Assembly: GCA_964016885.1 (NCBI GenBank)
Contig: OZ024745.1
Span: 84,754,001 to 84,818,000 of the forward strand
Direction: 5' to 3'
DNA from: Eledone cirrhosa
Taxonomy: Eukaryota
Length of the DNA: 64,000 nt
Every line of letters starts with the position of its first letter. The stretch's first letter is position 1. The notes under the pieces are model-generated. The model was not told where the DNA came from. It did no database searches and saw only the letters and a list, made by a program, of their open reading frames with translations. Both the position numbers and the translations under genes were made by a program. Positions 45,001 to 55,632 of the stretch are shown in pieces.

Positions 45001-47025
45001 CCTGACATTATTTATGTAAGCGGACGGTACTTGATTTAGGTGCCGCAGAAACCCATATACTGGATTTTACCAACCTTCCAGGGGTCCGGGTAAATTTTCA
45101 ATACCCGAATTACTTGATCGTTTTTTTGGATATGCGAATGATTGTTTAACCATCGTCTTAGTGTGTTTGGCCTTTACCGCTTGTTATAGCTCTGGTTCAT
45201 TTGAATCCTCGAGCACTTGCCGCACATGTCGAAGGTTGTTTTTCGTTATTTCGTGGGCCGAAATGCGAATCTCGATAATTTATGTTTGTATTATTCTCCA
45301 GACTCTAGCAATTGAACAGTTAATTTTTTTGATTTTTTTACTTGATTCTATTGACTGATGAATAGCTTATGTTAATTTTAACCCTTCTGTTGAGAACTCT
45401 ATTCGATTTGTGATGTTCTTGCATTCTTACAAAATATACACGATTGAATTTATACGCCTGATATAGGGGTTTCCTCCCTTGCCGACCCCCACGTGGAGTC
45501 AGCAATAGTCAGTCCTTGTATTAACATTGAACTAAAACCTGTTGAGAAAGTGGCTTCCTTGTTCAATCATCTTACCAGCTGGCTGACGTTATTTATGTAA
45601 GCGGACGGTACTTGAATTAGGTGCCGCAGAAACCCATATACTGGATTTTACCAACCTTCCAGGTGTCCGGGTAAATTTTCAATACGCGAATTACTTGATC
45701 TTTATTTTGGATATGCGAATGATTTTTTAACCATCGTCTCAGTGTGATTGACCTTTAACGGTTGTTACAGCTCTGGTTCATCTGAATCCTCGAGCACTTG
45801 CCGCACATCTCGAAGGTTGTTTTTCGTTATTTCGTGTACCGAAATGCGAATTTCGATAATATATGTTTGTATTATTCTTCAGACTCTAGCAATTGACCAG
45901 TTAATTTTCTTGATTTTTTTAGTTGATTCTATTGACTGAGTAATAGCTTATGTTAATTTTAACCCTTCTGTTGAAAACTCTATTCGATTTGTGATTTTTT
46001 GCATTCTTGCAAAAATATACACGACTGAATTCATACGCCTGATATAGGGGTTTCCTCCCTTGCCGATCCCCACGTGGGGTCAGCAATACTCAGTCCTTGT
46101 ATTAACATTGAACTAAAAGCTGTTGAGAAAGTGGCTTCCTTGTTCAATCATCTTACCAGAAGCCTGACATTATTTATGTAAGCGGACGGTACTTGATTTA
46201 GGTTCTTGTTGAAACCCATATACTGGATTTTACCAACCTTCCAGGGGTCCGGGTAAATTTTCAATACGCGAATTACTTGATCGTTTTTTTGGATATGCGA
46301 ATGATTGTTTAACCATCGTCTCAGTGTGTTTGGCGTTTAACGTTTGTTATAGCTCTGGTTCATCTGAATCATTGAGCACTTGCCGCACATCTCGGTCGTT
46401 GTTTTTCGTTATTTCGTGGGCCGAAATGCGAATCTCGATAATTTATGTTTGTATTATTCTCCAGACTCTAGCTATTGATCAATTAATTTTCGTGATTTTT
46501 TAGTTGATTCTATTGACTGATGAATAGCTTATGTTAATTTTAACCCTTCTGTTGAGAACTCTATTCGATTTGTGATGTTTTTGCATTCTTGCAAAGATAT
46601 ACACAACTGAATTCATTAGTCTTATATAGGGGTTGCCTCCCTTGCCGATCCCCACGTGGGGTCAGCAATAGTCAGTCCTTGTATTAACATTGAACTAAAA
46701 CCTGTTGAGAAAGTGGCTTCCTTGTTCAATCATCTTACCAGAAGCCTGACATTATTTATGTAAGCGGACGTACTTTATTTAGGAGCTACAGAAACCCATA
46801 TACTGGATTTTACCAACCTTCCAGGCGTCCGGGTAAATTTTCAATACCCGAATTACTTGTTCGTTTTTTTGGGGGAATATGAGAATGATTGTTTAATCAT
46901 CGGCTCACATGTGTGTGGCTTTTAACGTTTGTTATAGCTCTGGTTCATCTGAATCATTGAGCACTTGCCGCACGACTCGGATTATTTCGTGGGCGGAAAT
47001 ACGAATCTCGATAATTTATGTTTGT
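1..47025. repeat. Satellite DNA array, ~582-bp monomer, ~80 copies, runs off the left edge of the window
   Basis: The same monomer (tctattgactgatgaatagc...ccccacgtgggg...ttagttgat) recurs every 581-585 bp; ORF-track starts at 1549, 2132, 2714, 3296 etc. show the period. It ends abruptly at (TA)n near 47027. Confidence 0.99.
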
Positions 47026-47026
47026 T

Positions 47027-47052
47027 TATATATATATATATATATATATATA
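47027..47052. repeat. (TA)n microsatellite at the satellite edge
   Basis: Pure TA run read directly. Confidence 0.95.
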
Positions 47053-47344
47053 AAAACAAATAACGAAACGAAATTAAACTTCGTTTCGTTTGTAACTCAC
47101 TTTTGTATGACTGACGCTTAAACAATTAAGTTAAAAATGTACATCCACATATGTATACTGAAATACTAGTATGCATATGAATACAGACACGTGTACATAT
47201 GTAGATGTACCGAGTTTTTCACTGGTCACTTTACTGTGAGTGTCCAGCTATTCTGTATGTAAACACACAGACAAACCGGTTTTTAGAGTCATACTGGTTT
47301 TTGAGGAAACACCTTTCCTCTATTCTCCAGAAAGCCAGACAAGG

Positions 47345-47389
47345 AATATTGGACTAGTTTCGATGTTGTTACATCTCATCAGCAATATT
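47345..47389 (-). ncRNA. Type I hammerhead ribozyme (family A, inverted copy)
   Basis: Exact reverse complement of the hammerhead at 47763-47807. Confidence 0.93.
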
Positions 47390-47762
47390 TACCTATCTTC
47401 CGGCCTTTCTAGAGAATCGTAAAAGCACATATCGTTATATGCTTTTTCTATGAAAATTAGTAGTGGGCAGACCAATTTGCATAGAGCGTGAGTACGTACC
47501 GGTTCAACGGAGACGATAAAAACAAATAACGAAACGAAATTAAATTTCATTTTAACTTAATTGTTTAAGCGTCAGTCATACAAAAGTGAGTTACAAACGA
47601 AACGAAATTTAATTTCGTTTCGTTATTTGTTTTTATCGTCTCCGTTGAACCGGTACGTACTCACGCTCTATACAAATTGGTCTGCCCACTACTAATTTTC
47701 ATAGAAAAAGCATATAACGATATGTGCTTTTACGATTCTCTAGAAAGGCCGGAAGATAGGTA

Positions 47763-47807
47763 AATATTGCTGATGAGATGTAACAACATCGAAACTAGTC
47801 CAATATT
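47763..47807 (+). ncRNA. Type I hammerhead ribozyme (family A)
   Basis: AATATTG-CTGATGA-GATGT(AACA)ACATC-GAAA-CTAG-TC-CAATATT: 7-bp stem I, complete core, 5-bp stem II, palindromic stem III; predicted GUC cleavage after 47800. Stem I extends further (agaaaggccgg/ctggctttct). Confidence 0.95.
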
Positions 47808-48228
47808 CCTTGTCTGGCTTTCTGGAGAATAGAGGAAAGGTGTTTCCTCAAAAACCAGTATGACTCTAAAAACCGGTTTGTCTGTGTGTTTACATACAGA
47901 ATAGCTGGACACTCACAGTAAAGTGACCAGTGAAAAACTCGGTACATCTACATATGTACACGTGTGTGTATTCATATGCATACTAGTATTTCAGTATACA
48001 TATGTGGATGTACATTTTTAACTTAATTGTTTAAGCGTCAGTCATACAAAAGTGAGTTACAAACGAAACGAAATTTAATTTCGTTTCGTTATTTGTTTTT
48101 ATCGTCTCCGTTGAACCGGTACGTACTCACGCTCTATGCAAATTGGTCTGCCCACTACTAATTTTCATAGAAAAAGCATATAACGATATGTGCTTTTACG
48201 ATTCTCTAGAAAGGCCGGAAGATAGGTA

Positions 48229-48273
48229 AATATTGCTGATGAGATGTAACAACATCGAAACTAGTCCAATATT
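48229..48273 (+). ncRNA. Type I hammerhead ribozyme (family A, second tandem copy)
   Basis: Identical to 47763-47807, 466 bp downstream; predicted cleavage after 48266. Confidence 0.95.
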
Positions 48274-48495
48274 CCTTGTCTGGCTTTCTGGAGAATAGAG
48301 GAAAGGTGTTTCCTCAAAAACCAGTATGACTCTAAAAACCGGTTTGTCTGTGTGTTTACATACAGAATAGCTGGACACTCACAGTAAAGTGACCAGTGAA
48401 AAACTCGGTACATCTACATATGTACACGTGTGTGTATTCATATGCATACTAGTATTTCAGTATACATATGTGGATGTACATTTTAAACTTAATTG

Positions 48496-48526
48496 TATAT
48501 ATATATATATATATATATATAAATAT
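48496..48526. repeat. (TA)n microsatellite
   Basis: TA run separating family A from family B. Confidence 0.95.
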
Positions 48527-48677
48527 AAGAGTGGGAAATGAAATTTCGTTTCATTTTTTCCGTTTATCTATTTCGGTGCACCCGGCCGATTAACCCACTC
48601 GATATGCAAATTGGGCTTCTCAGCTGTTAATATGCATAAGGTAAGTATATACGTTCAGCAATCTGGCAGGAAGGTAT

Positions 48678-48720
48678 ACGTTGCTGACGATAGCTAATAA
48701 GCTTGAAACTAGTATAGCGT
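48678..48720 (+). ncRNA. Type I hammerhead ribozyme (family B)
   Basis: ACGTTG-CTGACGA-TAGCT(AATA)AGCTT-GAAA-CTAG-TA-TAGCGT; predicted GUA cleavage after 48714; U.U pair at the base of stem II. Stem I extends via gttcagca..ctggcagga..agg / cctttgtcagtgttgaac. Confidence 0.88.
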
Positions 48721-49097
48721 TCCTTTGTCAGTGTTGAACAAACGAGCAACGATGGTTGCTGGACACTACGGCTTAATACGGGATGTTTGTTTACAAACAC
48801 ACTGATCATTATAATAAATGTTCGGTGACTCCATACGTACATATATATATGTGTGCATGTATGTATATATATATACATACTACTGTACGTCTGTATACAT
48901 ATATGTATGTACGTGTACATACTTATATTTAAGTAACAGCCGTACCAAGAGTGGGAAATGAAATTTCGTTTCATTTTTTCCGTTTATCGTTTTCGGTGCA
49001 CCCGGCCGATTATCCCACTCCATATGCAAATTGGGCTTCTCAGCTGTTAATATACATAAGGTAAGTATATACGTTCAACAATCTGGCAGGAAGGTAT

Positions 49098-49140
49098 ACG
49101 TTGCTGACTATAGCTAATAAGCTTGAAACTAGTACAGTGT
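49098..49140 (+). ncRNA. Hammerhead ribozyme (family B, second copy) with a core mutation
   Basis: Core reads CTGACTA (G8 to U). The stem I 3' strand CAGTGT still pairs with ACGTTG. Confidence 0.75.
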
Positions 49141-49344
49141 TCCTTTGTCAGTGTTTAACAAACGAGCAACGATGGTTGCTGGACACTACGGCTTAATACG
49201 GGATGTTTTTTACTAACACACTGAGCATTATAATAAATTTTCGGTGAAACCATACGTACATATATATATATGTGTGCATGTATGTATATATATATATACA
49301 TACTACTGTACGTTTGTATACATATATGTATGTACGTGTACATA

Positions 49345-49516
<172 letters not shown>

Positions 49517-50595
49517 TAAGGATACTATTTATGGTTATGTATGTAATAAAACCTTTTATGGTAATATATTTTTCATACAAACCTTAAATAGTGAACGATA
49601 GTCATTAATTACTATCTTATTACCAGTAAGATAAATAGCTCAATGTAATAACATCGGTTGTTTTACAGAGCAGTTATATAGAGATTACAATAATCAAAGT
49701 TCAGTTTAAATTCTCTTACAATTGTTTCCTCCAAACCGAGGCTTGGATTTTCCGGAGCAACTATTTAGTGATCTATAACATACTTGACCTCCTTTTCAAC
49801 ACAAGAGACATATAAAACATATGCACATATTGATCCACAGTGGGATGACATCTAACAAAATGATATAGCATGGCAATTTACATATAAAGGTTACAAAATA
49901 AAAATAAAAATAAAAATAAAAGCGTTGGCAGTCTATAAAGCAAGAGGAAAGTTTAGAGTAGTCAGTGTATGAAACAATCTCACGTGTAGCATGCACGCGT
50001 GTCTTATTTATACAGGATTAGAGTGCAGGGTCAGGCAGTTGAAGCAGGCAATCGATATTATTATGTGGGCTGAATTATTAAGTCATTTATTCGCATATAC
50101 CTGTATGATATGCAGTCCCGAATGTAGAGAAACACCAAAATATCAAAAATTTCAAACATATTATAAACCATATTGTATCGTAGGCAAAACAGTACCACTG
50201 TCTTCGCTCACACCACCACTCACATAATCCATGAGACGCAATATATAGAACACGGGTCTATCATATAATTCACGATGGTTCGGCATATAACCAAGTTATA
50301 AACCGTATCTTGTCGATTCTTAATTAATAGATCACGTTATTTAGTTTTGTGTGATGATATTATATTCCGGAAGTGTCTGCATGACCAAGGGGAATTAATG
50401 CGTAAGGGGAGGTAACTAGCTGGTTTTCTTAGTTAAATTTATTATCCTAAATTACATTAATGGTGTTTCAAATAAGTGCCTATCATATGATGTTATAACT
50501 AATTTCTAGAATATGTTACTTATTTATAGGTTACTGTGTTGTCCATTAAGAAGTACTAGGGTGTATATATTAGGATGATTACCTTCCATTAAGGG

Positions 50596-51310
50596 GTGCC
50601 ATATCTGAACATTCTATAAGAGGAGTCAGACTCTCAAATCAATGTTCCATGTACATGTAATTCCTCCCGCAGGACCTGGTCCTATTATTATATATGACTC
50701 CCGGTAGGCTCTGGGTCATTGTATGTCCGAATCCTTGGTAAATCTGAATATCCTCAGGATGGTCCGGAGATCAAATTTCTCATATAAAGACACCAGTCTG
50801 GCCATCAAGCAATAGATTATCCCCATCTCATATATAAATTAATTTAGGTATCTTATCTACAAATTAGAGTAGAGTCTATTAATAGGTACTAAAGGAGTTC
50901 GTATCATGATGATTACAATCTGGAGATCAAATCTCTCATATAAGGACACCAGTCTGGCCATCAAGCAATACATAAACTCCCATCTTACATATAAATAAAT
51001 TAGGTATCTTATCTACAAATTAGAGTGGAGTCTATTAATAAGTACTAAAGGAGTTCATATCATGATGATTACAATCCAATATGGAGTGCCACACCTGGAC
51101 AATCTATAAGAAGAGTCAGACTACAAAATTAATTATATGGGTCTCACTACTAATAATGGACTTATTATCATACAAGACTCCCGGCAAGATTCAGGTCATA
51201 GTATGACTGCATCCCCGGTAAATTCACCAGGGTGGTCCGGTGACCAGTTCTCTCATCAAAAGATACCAATCAGGTCATCAAGCAACACAGAAACTCCTAA
51301 CTCATGTATC
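50596..51310. repeat. Diverged direct repeat (~334-bp unit) containing a younger 156-bp tandem duplication (50766-51076)
   Basis: gtgcca...ctataag.gagtcagact at 50596 and 51086; ggagatcaaat.tctcatataa at 50766 and 50922. Confidence 0.75.
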
Positions 51311-51976
51311 ACCTGTGCATAATTCACTGAACTGATCGTATATAGTATATATTCACATAACAATAAGATTACCTATCTAATCATCAATCTATCTCTTGGT
51401 GGCATTCCATGCACAGGATTATGTTATCACAACCAATACCGTGTCTACAGTTTATATTAATCATATATTTGTGCAATGCAGTTTAAGTAGTCCACGGCCG
51501 AGATATCAGAATTAGAAGTACATGGGGGTATTCCCAGGGTAGATGGTACTAAAATGCTGCCAGTATTACCCTTAGAGTATATAAATGGGTGTGGAGATGA
51601 GGTGTAAGGTGTGCTACTGATGCTAATTGCTGGGGGTGGTGACGGTTCCAGTCTGACATTGTTATATATAGGGTTTAAAGTTTTGGAACGAGTGTCGGAA
51701 GCGGTGTTGGCAAGATGCGAACACTTCTGATTTTTTATTAAGGAGATTACGGTTAGAGAAGATGATAGTATGGGTCTCTAGTAGACAGAGGTTACAAAAT
51801 TTATTAGGTGGTTTGTATGATGTTGCACTACCTACCACTTCCCATTTAAGTGTATATATTTTATTTTTAGTTTTTAGATAGTGTATGTAGCTAGATAGTG
51901 AAGTGGAGTTGGCTAGACTGTGTTTTTTGAAAGAGTGGAGGTGCGAATTGTATCTAGTTTTGAATTATTGTAATAT

Positions 51977-52427
<451 letters not shown>

Positions 52428-52508
52428 AAAAAAATCAATAATAATGAGTTCAAATCTCAGGCGATCATTTACAATGAAATAGCTCGAAGAAAGAGTATTT
52501 CTGAGCCG

Positions 52509-52980
52509 TGTAATATAGGTTAATATAAATCAATATATTTGATAAACACAAATATCCTCATATTTCTTTTTGTATTGTAAATGACCAAGTTAGCTAGATA
52601 GAAATATACTAATAATAATATTACAGTTTGCCTATCATAAATCAACAAAAACAAATTGTATTGGCAATGGCCGTAGTGCTTGGACAAATTTAAATTTCAA
52701 AATCAAACCTGTTCCGTAGACATATTTGGATTTTCAGGTTTAAACCTGTCTACGGAACAGGTTTGATTTTGAAATTTAAATTTGTCCAAGCACTACGGCC
52801 ATTGCCAATACAAATTGTTTTTGTTGATTTATGATGTATTATCTTAAGTCATGATAGGCAAACTGTAATATTATTATTAGTATATTTCTATCTAGCTAAC
52901 TTGGTCATTTACAATACAAACATAAATATGAGGATATTTGTGTTTATCAAATATATTGATTTATATTAACCTATATTACA
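52509..52980. repeat. Long inverted repeat (foldback): arms 52509-52722 and 52747-52980, 24-bp spacer
   Basis: tgtaatataggttaat...gttccgtagaca is mirrored by tgtctacggaac...cctatattaca; the right arm has ~20 bp extra near 52835-52853. Confidence 0.92.
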
Positions 52981-53096
52981 TATATATATATAGATAGATA
53001 GATAGATATAAATATATAACCAAGGAAATGTGGTAAGGAACCAGGTGGACCATAACGCACCAAAGTACTCAATACTTAGGCTAGTAGAGTGGGTAA

Positions 53097-53224
53097 TAGG
53101 AACGAGTAGGACGCCGACGGCTGAGCTCAAGCCGTTTGGACGGCTAATTCTGGACTAAAAAATTAGTCCAGAATTAGCCGTCGAAACGGCTTGGGCTCAG
53201 CCGTAAGCATCCTACTCGTTCCTG
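53097..53224. repeat. GC-rich 128-bp imperfect hairpin, ~62-bp stem, AAAA loop at 53159-53162
   Basis: taggaacgagtaggacgccgacggctgagctcaagccgtttggacggctaattctggactaa pairs with ttagtccagaattagccgtcgaaacggcttgggctcagccgtaagcatcctactcgttcctg. Confidence 0.92.
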
Positions 53225-53225
53225 T

Positions 53226-53298
<73 letters not shown>
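53225..53298. repeat. (TA)n microsatellite
   Basis: Read directly. Confidence 0.95.
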
Positions 53299-53305
<7 letters not shown>

Positions 53306-53795
53306 AAACATGTCTATAGAATCACAAGATAAAATATATACTATTTCCTCTCCCAATTAGGATAATTAACTATATAAAAATCGAATAGACCAGGCTATAA
53401 GAATGAGGCTTCTATGAAGGAATCTCCGACAAATAACCGAAACTAGCGCTTCGCATCGGCCGTAGCGGAATATTTATCGAATATTTCAACAGCGTAATCG
53501 TCCAGATATAGTCAACTAAACAGAATTAGGTGTAAAATAAACTAGGAGAAAATAGAATACATTTAAATACCTCTACCATGGTTTCGTCCGTGTTTTGAGT
53601 TTTCCAATAATTATGTAATAATTATATAAACTCGAGCGCTGTATTGTGCTGTGCTTTCTAGCAAAAATGCCACCAGTTGTAAGCAACTACCACGCCCCTT
53701 CCAACCTGACCGCGACTACGTCACGATTTTTAGCCATTTTGAAATGAATTCTTGGCGCGATCGCTTTGGAAAATTTAGTGTCTAGATAAGAGCGA

Positions 53796-53883
53796 GCTTC
53801 CTGATGAATCCGGCGCTCGAGTTTATATAATTATTACATAATTATTGGAAAACTCAAAACACGGACGAAACCATGGTAGAGGT
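53796..53883 (+). ncRNA. Type I hammerhead ribozyme (family C) with a long stem II
   Basis: GCTTC-CTGATGA-ATCCG...GAGTTT..ATAATTAT/ATAATTAT..AAACTC...CGGAC-GAAA-CCATGG-TA-GAGGT; palindromic stem III CCATGG; predicted GUA cleavage after 53878; A.C mismatch at the base of stem II. Confidence 0.8.
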
Positions 53884-54411
53884 ATTTAAATGTATTCTAT
53901 TTTCTCCTAGTTTATTTTACACCTAATTCTGTTTAGTTGACTATATCTGGGCGATTACGCTGTTGAAATATTCGATAAATATTCCGCTACGGCCGATGCG
54001 AAGCGCTAGCCTGGTCTATTCGATTTTTTATATAGTTAATTATGCTAATTCGGAGAGGAAATAGTATATATTTTATCTTGTGATTCTATAGACATGTTTT
54101 ATGATATATAGCTCTGATTGTTTAATTTATTAATTTTTCATTGAGCCACAAAGTGACCAGTTGCAAAACATGTATATGTATATGTATGTATATATATATA
54201 TATGTAAACTTTTATATATAATAATCTCTCCCATTAGGTTGAGATACAAATGTGGCTGTATTGTGCTGTGCTTTCTAGCAAAAATGCCACCAGTCGTAAG
54301 CAACTACCACACCCTTCCAACCTGACCGCGACTACGTCACGATTTTTAGCCATTTTGAAATGAATTCTTGGCATGATCGCTTTGAACAATTTAGTGTCTA
54401 GATAAGAGCGA

Positions 54412-54499
54412 GCTTCCTGATGAATCCGGCGCTCGAGTTTATATAATTATTACATAATTATTGGAAAACTCAAAACACGGACAAAACCATGGTAGAGGT
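54412..54499 (+). ncRNA. Hammerhead ribozyme (family C, second copy) with a core mutation
   Basis: Same as 53796-53883 except GAAA reads AAAA at 54483-54486 (G12 to A). Confidence 0.7.
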
Positions 54500-54879
54500 A
54501 TTTAAATGTATTCTATTTTCTCCTAGTTTATTTTACACCTAATTCTGTTTAGTTGACTATATCTGGGCGATTATGCTGTTGAAATATTCGATAAATATTC
54601 CGCTACGGCCGATGCGAAGTGCTAGTTTCGGTTATTTGTCGGATATTCCTTCATAGAAGCCTCATTCTTATAGCCTGGTCTATTCGATTTTTTATATAGT
54701 TAATTATGCTGATTGGGAGAGGAAATAGTATATATTTTATCTTGTGATGCTGTAGACATGTTTTATGATATATAGCTCTGATTGTTTAATTGTTTAATTT
54801 ATTAATTTTTCATTGAGCCACAAAGTGACCAGTTACAAAACACGTATATGTATATGTATGTATATATATATGTAAACTT

Positions 54880-54898
54880 TTATATATAAATATACATA

Positions 54899-54982
<84 letters not shown>

Positions 54983-54984
54983 CG

Positions 54985-55054
<70 letters not shown>

Positions 55055-55169
55055 AATGTATATATATATATATATGTATATATATGTATATATATGTATA
55101 TATATGTATATATATATATATATGTATATATATGTATATATATATATATGTAATGTATATATATATATG

Positions 55170-55264
<95 letters not shown>

Positions 55265-55277
55265 GTATATGTATATG

Positions 55278-55342
<65 letters not shown>

Positions 55343-55368
55343 GTATATATATATACATATGTATATAC

Positions 55369-55421
<53 letters not shown>

Positions 55422-55434
55422 CATATGTATATAC

Positions 55435-55479
<45 letters not shown>

Positions 55480-55494
55480 TACATATGTATATAC

Positions 55495-55541
<47 letters not shown>

Positions 55542-55546
55542 TATAT
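54880..55546. repeat. Interrupted (TA)n microsatellite
   Basis: Read directly. Confidence 0.97.
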
Positions 55547-55632
55547 AACTTTGAATAACTTTGAAATGTTTTGGCCAGTATTGGCCCAGGCCATGTCTAA
55601 CTTAATAGCACCACCTGGCGAAGTCTTTCAAT

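Larger units (their letters stand above)
47051..48496. mobile_element. Family A retrozyme-like element: 466-bp unit, ~1.07 units on the minus strand (47051-47548) joined head-to-head to ~2.03 units on the plus strand (47549-48496)
   Basis: The identical 60-aa pseudo-ORF appears at 47240(+), 47730(-) and 48196(-), giving period 466. There is one hammerhead per unit and (TA)n on both flanks. Confidence 0.88.
53300..54888. mobile_element. Family C retrozyme-like element: partial minus-strand copy (53300-53639) head-to-head with ~2 plus-strand tandem units (from 53638 and 54255)
   Basis: gctgtattgtgctgtgctttctag at 53638 and 54255; 53300-53639 is the reverse complement of part of the unit; the first plus copy lacks 48 bp near 54009; flanked by (TA)n. 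Confidence 0.82.

Noticed and set aside
1-47025. CRISPR array, rDNA/5S or tRNA/snRNA gene tandem
   Set aside because: There are no unique spacers, and I recognise no rRNA, tRNA or snRNA sequence in the monomer.
1549-47121. Dozens of 60-120 aa ORFs (MCLAFNVCY...) in the satellite
   Set aside because: Mostly GTG/TTG starts, one per monomer, frequently broken by stops and frameshifts, with no recognisable domain; they are repeat artefacts.
47240-48378. Three identical 60-aa ORFs (MSSYSVCKH...)
   Set aside because: GTG start, antisense to the hammerhead, and identical only because the repeat copies are near-identical.
53400-53455. GAAACTAG on the antisense strand of family C as a second hammerhead
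   Set aside because: No CTGANGA upstream and no UH after CTAG.
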